Shown one piece after another: positions 56,704-64,000 of a DNA stretch of 64,000 nt. The DNA comes from Winogradskyella sp. (GTDB taxonomy: Bacteria; Bacteroidota; Bacteroidia; Flavobacteriales; Flavobacteriaceae). The notes under the pieces were generated by a model that saw only the letters and a program-made list of their open reading frames with translations, made no database searches and was not told the DNA's origin. The DNA lies in the NCBI GenBank assembly GCA_965250025.1, contig OZ252283.1, positions 2,050,121 to 2,114,120 of the forward strand, in the 5' to 3' direction. Both the position numbers and the translations under genes were made by a program. Within the stretch, counting starts at the first letter, position 1; each line of letters opens with the position of its first letter.

Positions 56704-56728
56704 TTACAGGTAAAAAAGAGCAAATTGT

Positions 56729-59101
56729 ATGGCATCAAAAACGTGTTTCCATTGTGGTGATCCTTGCGATAAACACATCATCATGTTTGAAGAAAAACCG
56801 TTCTGTTGCAATGGTTGCAAAACGGTTTTTGAGATATTTAATTCTCATGACCTCACTTGCTATTATGACTTGCAAAATGCACCCGGGGCAGTTCCTAAAG
56901 AAATCAAAGGCAAATACGATTTCCTAGACGATGATAAAATTATTGAAGCACTTACAGAATTCAATAGTGAACAAATAGAGATTGTTACTCTTTACATTCC
57001 ACACATCCATTGTAGTTCTTGCATATGGATTTTAGAAAACCTGAATAAACTCAATCCATCTATTACCGATTCTCAGGTTAATTTCGGTAAGAAAACTGTA
57101 AGGGTTACTTATAACAAGTCGATAACGCTGAAATCTGTGGTTGAGCTGTTAAGTTCTATTGGTTATGAGCCTTACATCAGTTTGGACGATTACAATACTG
57201 GTAAAGCTCAAATTAACAGATCTATCATATATAAACTTGGTGTTGCCGGTTTTGCTTTCGGAAACATTATGTTCTTATCATTCCCCGAATATTTTGAGGT
57301 TAATGAATTCTGGTTAGAGCGCTACAAACATTTATTCAGATGGTTGATGCTATTCTTGTCGCTACCTGTTGTTTTTTATTCAGCACAAGATTACTTTGTC
57401 TCTGCTTATAAAGGACTAAGGTCTAAACTACTAAATATTGATGTTCCCATTGCTCTGGGTATAAGTGTGCTTTTTATAAGAAGTGCCATTGAAATTGCCT
57501 TTGATCTGGGTTCTGGTTTTTTAGATAGTTTAACCGGATTGGTATTCTTCCTGTTAATCGGTAAATTCTTTCAGCAAAAAACGTATGCGTTTTTATCTTT
57601 TGAACGCGATTATAAATCGTATTTTCCTATTGCAGTTACCAAGTTAGAACGTAATGGTAAAGAATCGTCAATACAAGTTTATGACATTAAAAAAGGAGAT
57701 CGTTTACTAATAAGGAATGAAGAACTAATCCCTGTTGATGGTATACTCATTAATGGTAATGCTAAAATTGACTATAGTTTTGTTACCGGAGAGTCCCAAA
57801 CGGTTTCTAAAACTTCTGGCGATAAAGTATTTGCGGGCGGCAAACAAACTTCAGGTGTTATAGAACTCGAAGCTTTAAAATCCGTAGAACAAAGTTATCT
57901 CACCCAATTATGGAGTAATGATGTATTTAATAAGAATAAGGAAGAATCCTTTACCAATCTTACCAATACTATGAGTAAGCATTTTACCATAGCCATATTA
58001 AGCATTGCTATTGTGGCTTCAATATTCTGGCTAATCTATGATGCTAGCAAGGTTATGAATGTATTTACCGCGGTGCTGATCATTGCGTGCCCATGTGCTA
58101 TAGCCCTATCTGCGCCTTTCACATTCGGTAATCTTTTAAGGATTTTTGGGAAGTTAAAGTTTTATGCAAAGAATGCCAGTGTTATTGAGCAACTGGCGGC
58201 AATCAATACGATTATTTTTGACAAAACAGGAACGATCACTTCTAACAAAAAAAGTAATGCCGTTTATGAAGGTGAAACATTATCTGAAGAAGAGTCTATC
58301 TTACTAAAAAACACACTTCGGGGCTCTAATCACCCCTTGAGTAGAACCCTGTATTCTATTCTAAAAGATAATGATATTGTTACTTTGGATCATTATGAAG
58401 AGCATATTGGAAAAGGTATTGAAGCAGAGTATAATAATACCGCAATTAAGATCGGATCTGCCAGTTTCGTTAGTAAAACTATAGCAAATACATCTCTAAA
58501 CACAACTGTACACGTCAGTACTAATAATGCATATAAAGGGAAGTATGTGTTTTATAACAGCTATCGTAAAGGGGTCTCCAGACTGTTCAATCAATTAAAA
58601 CAACAATACGATCTGGTTATTCTCTCTGGAGATAATGAAGGAGAACGAGATAATCTTACAAAATTATTGCCTCGTAAAACCAAACTCATCTTTAATCAAA
58701 AACCTGAAGACAAACTGGAATATATCAAGTACCATCAATCTGAAGGTGCAAAAGTATTAATGATTGGCGATGGTCTTAATGATGCCGGAGCATTGGCTCA
58801 AAGTGATGTTGGCATTGCCATATCTGAAGATGTCAATATCTTCTCTCCTGCCTGTGATGCCATTTTAGACGCTTCAAAATTCAATCAATTATTTAATTAT
58901 ATAAAAGCCTCCAAATCTGCCATAAAAATCATTAAATGGAGTTTTGTGCTATCCTTCTTTTATAACATCATAGGATTATACTTTGCTGTTACCGGTCAGC
59001 TTGCACCTGTGGCAGCAGCTATATTAATGCCATTAAGCTCTATTAGCATTGTAGTTTTCACAACTATAGCAACGAATTTGGTAGGTAAAAGATTGAAATA
59101 A
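56729..59101 (+). CDS. ccoI: Copper-translocating P1B-type ATPase CcoI/FixI
   Basis: N-terminal Cys-rich CFHCGDPC..FCCNGC, HMA-like HCSSC, TM CPC (ACPCAI), phosphorylation site FDKTGTIT, hinge GDGLNDAGAL. Confidence 0.85.
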   Translation: MASKTCFHCGDPCDKHIIMFEEKPFCCNGCKTVFEIFNSHDLTCYYDLQNAPGAVPKEIKGKYDFLDDDKIIEALTEFNSEQIEIVTLYIPHIHCSSCIWILENLNKLNPSITDSQVNFGKKTVRVTYNKSITLKSVVELLSSIGYEPYISLDDYNTGKAQINRSIIYKLGVAGFAFGNIMFLSFPEYFEVNEFWLERYKHLFRWLMLFLSLPVVFYSAQDYFVSAYKGLRSKLLNIDVPIALGISVLFIRSAIEIAFDLGSGFLDSLTGLVFFLLIGKFFQQKTYAFLSFERDYKSYFPIAVTKLERNGKESSIQVYDIKKGDRLLIRNEELIPVDGILINGNAKIDYSFVTGESQTVSKTSGDKVFAGGKQTSGVIELEALKSVEQSYLTQLWSNDVFNKNKEESFTNLTNTMSKHFTIAILSIAIVASIFWLIYDASKVMNVFTAVLIIACPCAIALSAPFTFGNLLRIFGKLKFYAKNASVIEQLAAINTIIFDKTGTITSNKKSNAVYEGETLSEEESILLKNTLRGSNHPLSRTLYSILKDNDIVTLDHYEEHIGKGIEAEYNNTAIKIGSASFVSKTIANTSLNTTVHVSTNNAYKGKYVFYNSYRKGVSRLFNQLKQQYDLVILSGDNEGERDNLTKLLPRKTKLIFNQKPEDKLEYIKYHQSEGAKVLMIGDGLNDAGALAQSDVGIAISEDVNIFSPACDAILDASKFNQLFNYIKASKSAIKIIKWSFVLSFFYNIIGLYFAVTGQLAPVAAAILMPLSSISIVVFTTIATNLVGKRLK

Positions 59102-59115
59102 AAATTAATTCATTG

Positions 59116-59135
59116 AACATGATTTTTATCATGTT
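59116..59135. promoter_or_regulatory. Fnr/Crp-type box, perfect palindrome AACATGAT-TTTT-ATCATGTT, upstream of ccoS-ccoNO
   Basis: Perfect 8-bp arms. The core ATGAT-N4-ATCAT matches 8 of 10 positions of TTGAT-N4-ATCAA. Centred 33 bp upstream of the centre of the -7 box at 59155-59162. Confidence 0.55.
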
Positions 59136-59154
59136 TTAATAAGGATGTCAGAAG

Positions 59155-59162
59155 TATTTTTG
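59155..59162 (+). promoter_or_regulatory. -7 promoter element (TATTTTTG) for ccoS-ccoNO
   Basis: Exact TAnnTTTG, 21 nt upstream of ATG 59183. Confidence 0.45.
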
Positions 59163-59182
59163 AACCATAACTTCAAATAGGT

Positions 59183-59368
59183 ATGAGCGTTATTTACATT
59201 TTACTAACCATAAGCATCATTGTAGCAATACTATTCTTTATAGTATTTATTGTTGCAGTTAAAAAAGGTCAGTATGATGATGGTTACACACCATCTGTAC
59301 GTATGCTTTTTGAAGATGAACTTGTAAAACAACAAGCGAAACAAACCATTAAAACCAAAACAGACTAA
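59183..59368 (+). CDS. ccoS: cbb3 oxidase maturation protein CcoS
   Basis: 61 aa with one TM helix, followed by KKGQYDDGYTPSVRMLFEDE, typical of CcoS/FixS. Confidence 0.8.
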   Translation: MSVIYILLTISIIVAILFFIVFIVAVKKGQYDDGYTPSVRMLFEDELVKQQAKQTIKTKTD

Positions 59369-59380
59369 TCATATATTACT

Positions 59381-61573
59381 ATGGAAATGCAACAGTTCTA
59401 TTACGATAATAAAATCGTTAAAAAATTCGTCTATGCGACCATACTTTGGGGAGTTGTAGGTATGCTAGTAGGTTTACTACTGGCATTTATGTTTCTATTC
59501 CCTAACCTTACCGACGGTATATCCTGGCTAAGTTTTGGTCGTTTAAGACCTTTACATACCAATGCCGTCATTTTTGCTTTTGTGGGTAATGCCATATTCG
59601 CTGGGGTCTACTATTCTACCCAACGCTTACTAAAAGCCCGAATGTTCAGTGACTTTTTAAGTAATTTTAATTTCTGGGGATGGCAACTACTCATCGTGGG
59701 TGCTGCGATAACTTTACCCCTAGGGATAACTACTTCAAAAGAATATGCAGAATTGGAATGGCCTTTTGATATTGCCATTGCTCTAATCTGGGTAGCTTTT
59801 GGAGTCAATTTAATTGGAACTATTTTAAAGCGACGTCAACGTCATCTATACGTAGCTATATGGTTCTATATCGCTACCTTTGTTACCGTAGCGGTATTAC
59901 ACATCTTTAATAGTTTAGAGCTGCCTGTTAGTGGTCTTAAGAGTTACTCGGTGTATGCAGGTGTTCAAGATGCCTTAGTACAATGGTGGTATGGACACAA
60001 TGCTGTGGCTTTCTTCTTAACCACACCATTTTTAGGACTGATGTACTATTTTGTGCCTAAAGCAGCTAACCGTCCTGTATATTCATATCGACTTTCTATT
60101 GTCCATTTCTGGTCTTTGATCTTTATTTATATCTGGGCAGGTCCTCACCACTTGTTATATACAGCTTTACCGGAATGGGCACAACATTTAGGGGTTGCTT
60201 TCTCTGTAATGCTTATTGCACCATCTTGGGGTGGTATGATTAACGGACTACTTACACTTCGTGGTGCTTGGGATAAAGTACGTACTGATCCGGTACTTAA
60301 ATTCATGGTTGTAGCGATTACCGGATATGGTATGGCAACTTTTGAAGGCCCTATGCTATCGCTTAAAAATGTGAATGCTATTGCTCACTTTACGGACTGG
60401 ATCATTGCTCACGTTCACGTTGGCGCATTAGCTTGGAATGGATTCCTTGCTTTTGGTATGATCTACTGGTTAATTCCAAAATTATTCAAAACTCGATTGT
60501 ATTCTACCGGATTGGCTAATGTACATTTCTGGGTAGGTACTTTGGGTATCATTTTATATGCGCTGCCTATGTATGTTGCTGGCTTTACACAAGCCAGTAT
60601 GTGGAAACAATTTGAACCAGACGGTACTTTGGTATATGGTAACTTCTTAGAAACTGTTACTGAGATTATCCCAATGTATTGGATGCGTGCTATTGGAGGT
60701 ACCTTATACATCTTAGGAATGCTGATTTTAGTATATAATATCATAATGACTGTAGTGAAATCAGAACATAAAGTTACTGATGAACTGGCTGAAGCTCCGG
60801 CATTACAACGTGTATCAAAACACAGAGTTGCAGGAGAAGGCTGGCATACTTGGTTAGAGCGCAAGCCTGTATTATTAACGATATATGCTACTATAGCCAT
60901 TTTAATTGGTGGTATTGTTCAAATCATACCAACATTGGTTGTAGAATCTAATATTCCGACAATTAGCAGCGTCAAACCATATACCCCTCTAGAGCTTGAA
61001 GGTAGAGATATCTACATCAGAGAAGGTTGTGTGGGATGTCACTCTCAAATGATCCGTCCATTTAGAAGTGAGGTGGAGCGTTACGGTGAATATTCTAAAG
61101 CTGGTGAATATGTCTATGACCACCCGTTCTTATGGGGAAGTAAACGTACCGGTCCTGACTTGCATCGTGTTGGTGGCAAGTATTCTGACAACTGGCATTT
61201 CAATCATATGTACGATCCTCAAAGTATCTCTTCCGGGTCTATAATGCCAGCTTATCAGTGGTTAATTAGAAATGAACTCGATAAATCCATGACTGAAAGA
61301 AAAATGGAAGTTATGATAAGCTTAGGGGTTCCTTATACCGAAGATGATATTGCTAACGCACAACAAAGCATGCTGGAACAAGGGACTCAGATAGAGAAAA
61401 ACCTTTATGCAGATCCGGATTTTGTAAAGAGTTATGAAGCGGACAAAGCGTCTTCCGGAACCGATTTTGTAGAAATGCGTAATAGAGAAATTGTTGCTTT
61501 AATTGCTTATCTGCAACGTTTAGGTACAGATATCAAGGTAAAAGATATAGAAAACACAACTGCTCAAAACTAA
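59381..61573 (+). CDS. ccoN: cbb3-type cytochrome c oxidase, fused subunits I and II (CcoNO)
   Basis: 730 aa. Polytopic CcoN part with His ligands (WYGHNAV, HHLLY, AHVHVGALAW). C-terminal CcoO part with heme c site CVGCHSQMIRP. Confidence 0.92.
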   Translation: MEMQQFYYDNKIVKKFVYATILWGVVGMLVGLLLAFMFLFPNLTDGISWLSFGRLRPLHTNAVIFAFVGNAIFAGVYYSTQRLLKARMFSDFLSNFNFWGWQLLIVGAAITLPLGITTSKEYAELEWPFDIAIALIWVAFGVNLIGTILKRRQRHLYVAIWFYIATFVTVAVLHIFNSLELPVSGLKSYSVYAGVQDALVQWWYGHNAVAFFLTTPFLGLMYYFVPKAANRPVYSYRLSIVHFWSLIFIYIWAGPHHLLYTALPEWAQHLGVAFSVMLIAPSWGGMINGLLTLRGAWDKVRTDPVLKFMVVAITGYGMATFEGPMLSLKNVNAIAHFTDWIIAHVHVGALAWNGFLAFGMIYWLIPKLFKTRLYSTGLANVHFWVGTLGIILYALPMYVAGFTQASMWKQFEPDGTLVYGNFLETVTEIIPMYWMRAIGGTLYILGMLILVYNIIMTVVKSEHKVTDELAEAPALQRVSKHRVAGEGWHTWLERKPVLLTIYATIAILIGGIVQIIPTLVVESNIPTISSVKPYTPLELEGRDIYIREGCVGCHSQMIRPFRSEVERYGEYSKAGEYVYDHPFLWGSKRTGPDLHRVGGKYSDNWHFNHMYDPQSISSGSIMPAYQWLIRNELDKSMTERKMEVMISLGVPYTEDDIANAQQSMLEQGTQIEKNLYADPDFVKSYEADKASSGTDFVEMRNREIVALIAYLQRLGTDIKVKDIENTTAQN

Positions 61574-61579
61574 GACATT

Positions 61580-61771
61580 ATGCTAAAATTTGTAAAACAT
61601 CATATGGAAAGTATCACTGGGATCGAAATATACCCCTTGATATCCTTAGTCATTTTTTTCACATTTTTTGTGCTACTATTTTGGTGGGTATTCACTGCTA
61701 AAAAAGAATACATCAAAACGGTAAGCAATATTCCATTAGACAATAACAACCAAAACGATATTATACTATGA
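61580..61771 (+). CDS. ccoQ: CcoQ/FixQ-like small membrane subunit
   Basis: 63 aa with a single TM helix. Sits between ccoNO and ccoP, with an ATGA overlap to ccoP. Confidence 0.55.
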   Translation: MLKFVKHHMESITGIEIYPLISLVIFFTFFVLLFWWVFTAKKEYIKTVSNIPLDNNNQNDIIL

Positions 61772-62775
61772 GAAATTTAATTCCTTCATATATAAGGGTG
61801 CCGGTAGTATTCTTTACCATTGCCGGACTTGTTGAATATTTTGTAGATTCTGGTGATCAGCCTGCATTTATAGAACAACCATTGATCTTATTATTTCTTT
61901 TATTAGTATTACTCATTTTAATTGCTATTGAAGGGATTGTAGGCTCTATAGATAATGTCCTTTACCAAAGTTTGGATGAAGATGCCAAAGTACGTTATCT
62001 GGAAGCTAAAAATAAAGTTCCACTTGCTAACTGGGTAAAGCGAACTTATAAAAAGCTCTTAGGTAGTAAACCTATAGAAGAGGAAGGTGAAATCATTTTA
62101 GACCATAACTACGACGGTATCAAAGAGCTGGATAACTCTTTACCGCCATGGTGGTTATATGGCTTCTATGCAACCATCATTTTTGGCGTGATATACATGA
62201 TACGCTACCATGTTTTTAATGCAGATGATCAATTTGTAGAATATGAAATTGAATATGCCGAAGCACAACGTGCTATCGAAGAGTACAAAAAAACAGCCAA
62301 AGACTTGGTAGACTTCAACAGCGTAGAGCTGTTAACTGATGCTTCGGATATCAATGCTGGTAAAACCATTTTCAACACCAATTGTGTCGCCTGTCATATG
62401 GCAGATGGTGGCGGTGGTATTGGCCCTAACCTAACAGACGAATATTGGATATTAGGCGGCGGTATCAAAAATGTATTTAAAACTATCTCCGAAGGTGGTC
62501 GTGACGGTAAAGGTATGGTGGCCTGGAAAGCAAGCTTAAAACCTTCAGAAATTGCTCAAGTCGCAAGTTATGTTTTACAGTTTCAGGGTACAACACCTGC
62601 AAACCCAAAAGATCCTGAAGGTGATATTTGGGTAGATGAATCAACTGACGAAACAGAGGAGACCGTTGATGGTGTTGATGCTACAGAAGGAGATATAGAA
62701 ACTGATAGCAAAGAAACGGAAGACAATACTTCTACCGATGCTAATGAAACCAGTTCTGTTGCTGTAACTAATTAA
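61768..62775 (+). CDS. ccoP: cbb3 oxidase subunit III-like protein (CcoP), monoheme, with extra N-terminal TM segment and acidic tail
   Basis: CcoP N-domain motif HNYDGIKELDNSLPPWW. A single CxxCH (CVACH). The last ~46 aa are D/E/T-rich. Confidence 0.8.
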   Translation: MRNLIPSYIRVPVVFFTIAGLVEYFVDSGDQPAFIEQPLILLFLLLVLLILIAIEGIVGSIDNVLYQSLDEDAKVRYLEAKNKVPLANWVKRTYKKLLGSKPIEEEGEIILDHNYDGIKELDNSLPPWWLYGFYATIIFGVIYMIRYHVFNADDQFVEYEIEYAEAQRAIEEYKKTAKDLVDFNSVELLTDASDINAGKTIFNTNCVACHMADGGGGIGPNLTDEYWILGGGIKNVFKTISEGGRDGKGMVAWKASLKPSEIAQVASYVLQFQGTTPANPKDPEGDIWVDESTDETEETVDGVDATEGDIETDSKETEDNTSTDANETSSVAVTN

Positions 62776-62805
62776 CTTAAAAACGGAGATTAAATTTCGT
62801 CCATA

Positions 62806-64000
62806 ATGGAAACGCCACCAAACGAAGTATTTAGAGATTCTATTGGTACTATAAACGAAGAAGGTAAACGCAATTGGGTATATCCTAAAAAACCTTCAGG
62901 ACCTTATTACGATAAACGTAAAATAGTAAGTTACTTCTTGTTGGCGTTTCTATTTATATCACCATTCATAAAAATAAACGGTAACCAGTTTTTGATGTTC
63001 AATGTACTGGAACGCCGTTTCAATATTTTTGGTTTTCCTTTTTGGCCTCAGGATTTCCATTTATTCGTCATATCCATGATTATTGGCGTGATCTTTATCA
63101 CGCTATTTACCGTTGGCTTTGGTAGAATTTTTTGTGGTTGGATTTGTCCTCAAACCATATTCATGGAAATGGTTTTTAGACGTATTGAATATTGGATCGA
63201 TGGTGACCGCGGAAAACAAATACGCTTGGATAAACAACCTTGGAATGCCGAAAAAATTAAGAAACGTACTCTAAAGTGGTCTATTTTTTTAATTATTTCA
63301 TTTCTGATCGCTAATATATTTCTGGCTTATCTAATAGGTAGTGATAAACTCTTGAAGTATATTATCGATGGCCCATCATCTCATATGGGAACGCTTATTC
63401 CTTTAATCATTTTTACAGGTGTTTTCTATTTTGTTTTTGCATGGTTTAGAGAGCAAGTGTGTATCATTGCATGTCCATATGGACGTCTGCAAGGGGTATT
63501 ACTCGACAACAAATCTGTTGTTGTAGCTTATGATCATAAACGAGGTGAAAGTACCAATGGCAGAAAAAAATTCAGAAAAAATGAAGACCGGGAAGCATTA
63601 GGTCACGGCGATTGTATTGATTGTTTTCAATGTGTTCATGTATGTCCTACTGGAATCGATATCAGAAATGGTACGCAATTAGAATGTGTGAATTGCACAG
63701 CCTGTATGGATGAATGTGACATCATCATGGAAAAAATAAATCTTCCTAAAGGTCTTATAAGGTATGCCAGTGAAGAGAATATAGAAAAGAAAACGCCTTT
63801 TAAACTTACGGCCCGCATGAAAGGTTACATTGCGGTACTAACTATTTTAATCGGTGTTCTATTGGGAATGCTAGCCTTAAGAAATGATGTGGAAGCAAAT
63901 ATTTTAAGACTCCCAGGACAATTATATGAGCATAAAGAAAATGACATTATCAGTAATGTTTATACTTATAAACTGGTGAATAAAACAGTGCATACTATTG
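62806..64000 (+). CDS. ccoG: cbb3 oxidase accessory ferredoxin CcoG/FixG (5' part; continues beyond the window)
   Basis: ATG 62806 opens a frame with no stop to the window end (METPPNEVFRDSIGTINEEGKRNWVYP..). Cys motifs FCGWICPQ, CPYGRLQ and CIDCFQCVHVCPTGIDIR. Not in the ORF track because no stop is present. Confidence 0.85.
   Translation, partial: METPPNEVFRDSIGTINEEGKRNWVYPKKPSGPYYDKRKIVSYFLLAFLFISPFIKINGNQFLMFNVLERRFNIFGFPFWPQDFHLFVISMIIGVIFITLFTVGFGRIFCGWICPQTIFMEMVFRRIEYWIDGDRGKQIRLDKQPWNAEKIKKRTLKWSIFLIISFLIANIFLAYLIGSDKLLKYIIDGPSSHMGTLIPLIIFTGVFYFVFAWFREQVCIIACPYGRLQGVLLDNKSVVVAYDHKRGESTNGRKKFRKNEDREALGHGDCIDCFQCVHVCPTGIDIRNGTQLECVNCTACMDECDIIMEKINLPKGLIRYASEENIEKKTPFKLTARMKGYIAVLTILIGVLLGMLALRNDVEANILRLPGQLYEHKENDIISNVYTYKLVNKTVHTI

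Noticed and set aside
1-64000. Searched by eye for CRISPR arrays, transposase/integrase/recombinase genes, tRNA or rRNA genes, prophage or defence-island signatures, and reverse transcriptases.
   Set aside because: No spaced direct-repeat arrays were seen. No ORF has DDE, tyrosine- or serine-recombinase or RT motifs, and no tRNA-like cloverleaf appears in the longer gaps. Gene content is housekeeping and metabolic with consistent orientation blocks. A covariance-model scan (tRNAscan/Infernal) was not possible and would be the decisive check for small RNAs.

Overview
64-kb, low-GC, gene-dense stretch (about 55 CDS) that reads as core chromosome of a Bacteroidota, Flavobacteriaceae-like bacterium. 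The lineage evidence is threefold. Three proteins end in type-A T9SS C-terminal sorting domains (..GVYLVRISNDE.TQTKRFIKQ). Many genes are preceded by the Bacteroidetes -7 promoter motif TAnnTTTG. ccoN and ccoO are fused.

Content, left to right:
- iron-siderophore/B12-type ABC importer (SBP tail, permease, ATPase), rmuC, and a hotdog thioesterase
- a tightly packed secreted trio (CBM-like T9SS protein, periplasmic ankyrin protein, DOMON-T9SS protein)
- carB and rpmH (52 codons, below the ORF-track cutoff)
- lytic transglycosylase, mtaB, an orphan family-5 SBP lipoprotein, and rpmE2
- envelope and sugar genes (GT2, phospho-sugar mutase, MsbA-like exporter)
- an ECF sigma module, an RsmB-like methyltransferase, a secreted endonuclease I, and purL
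- fatty-acid beta-oxidation (acyl-CoA ligase; marR-fadN-fadA-fadE-type operon)
- a three-peptidase operon
- a LytS-like/LytTR two-component pair divergent from an outer-membrane barrel gene
- a ChlI-like AAA+ / VWA pair and an fnr-type regulator
- the cbb3 oxidase cluster ccoI-ccoS-ccoNO-ccoQ-ccoP-ccoG (ccoG runs off the right edge)

I saw no rRNA, tRNA, CRISPR array, transposase, integrase, prophage or recognisable defence island. The window is mostly ordinary housekeeping DNA.

The most system-like unexplained items are:
1. the client-less AAA+/VWA pair, co-oriented with fnr and back-to-back with the cbb3 maturation genes
2. two copies of an Fnr-type palindrome, each centred exactly 33 bp from a -7 element
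3. a double palindromic operator in front of the marR-fad operon
4. the ankyrin-DOMON-T9SS operon
5. a membrane-tethered LuxR-type regulator locus

All functional calls come from motif recognition by eye. No homology search, HMM search or RNA folding was run.
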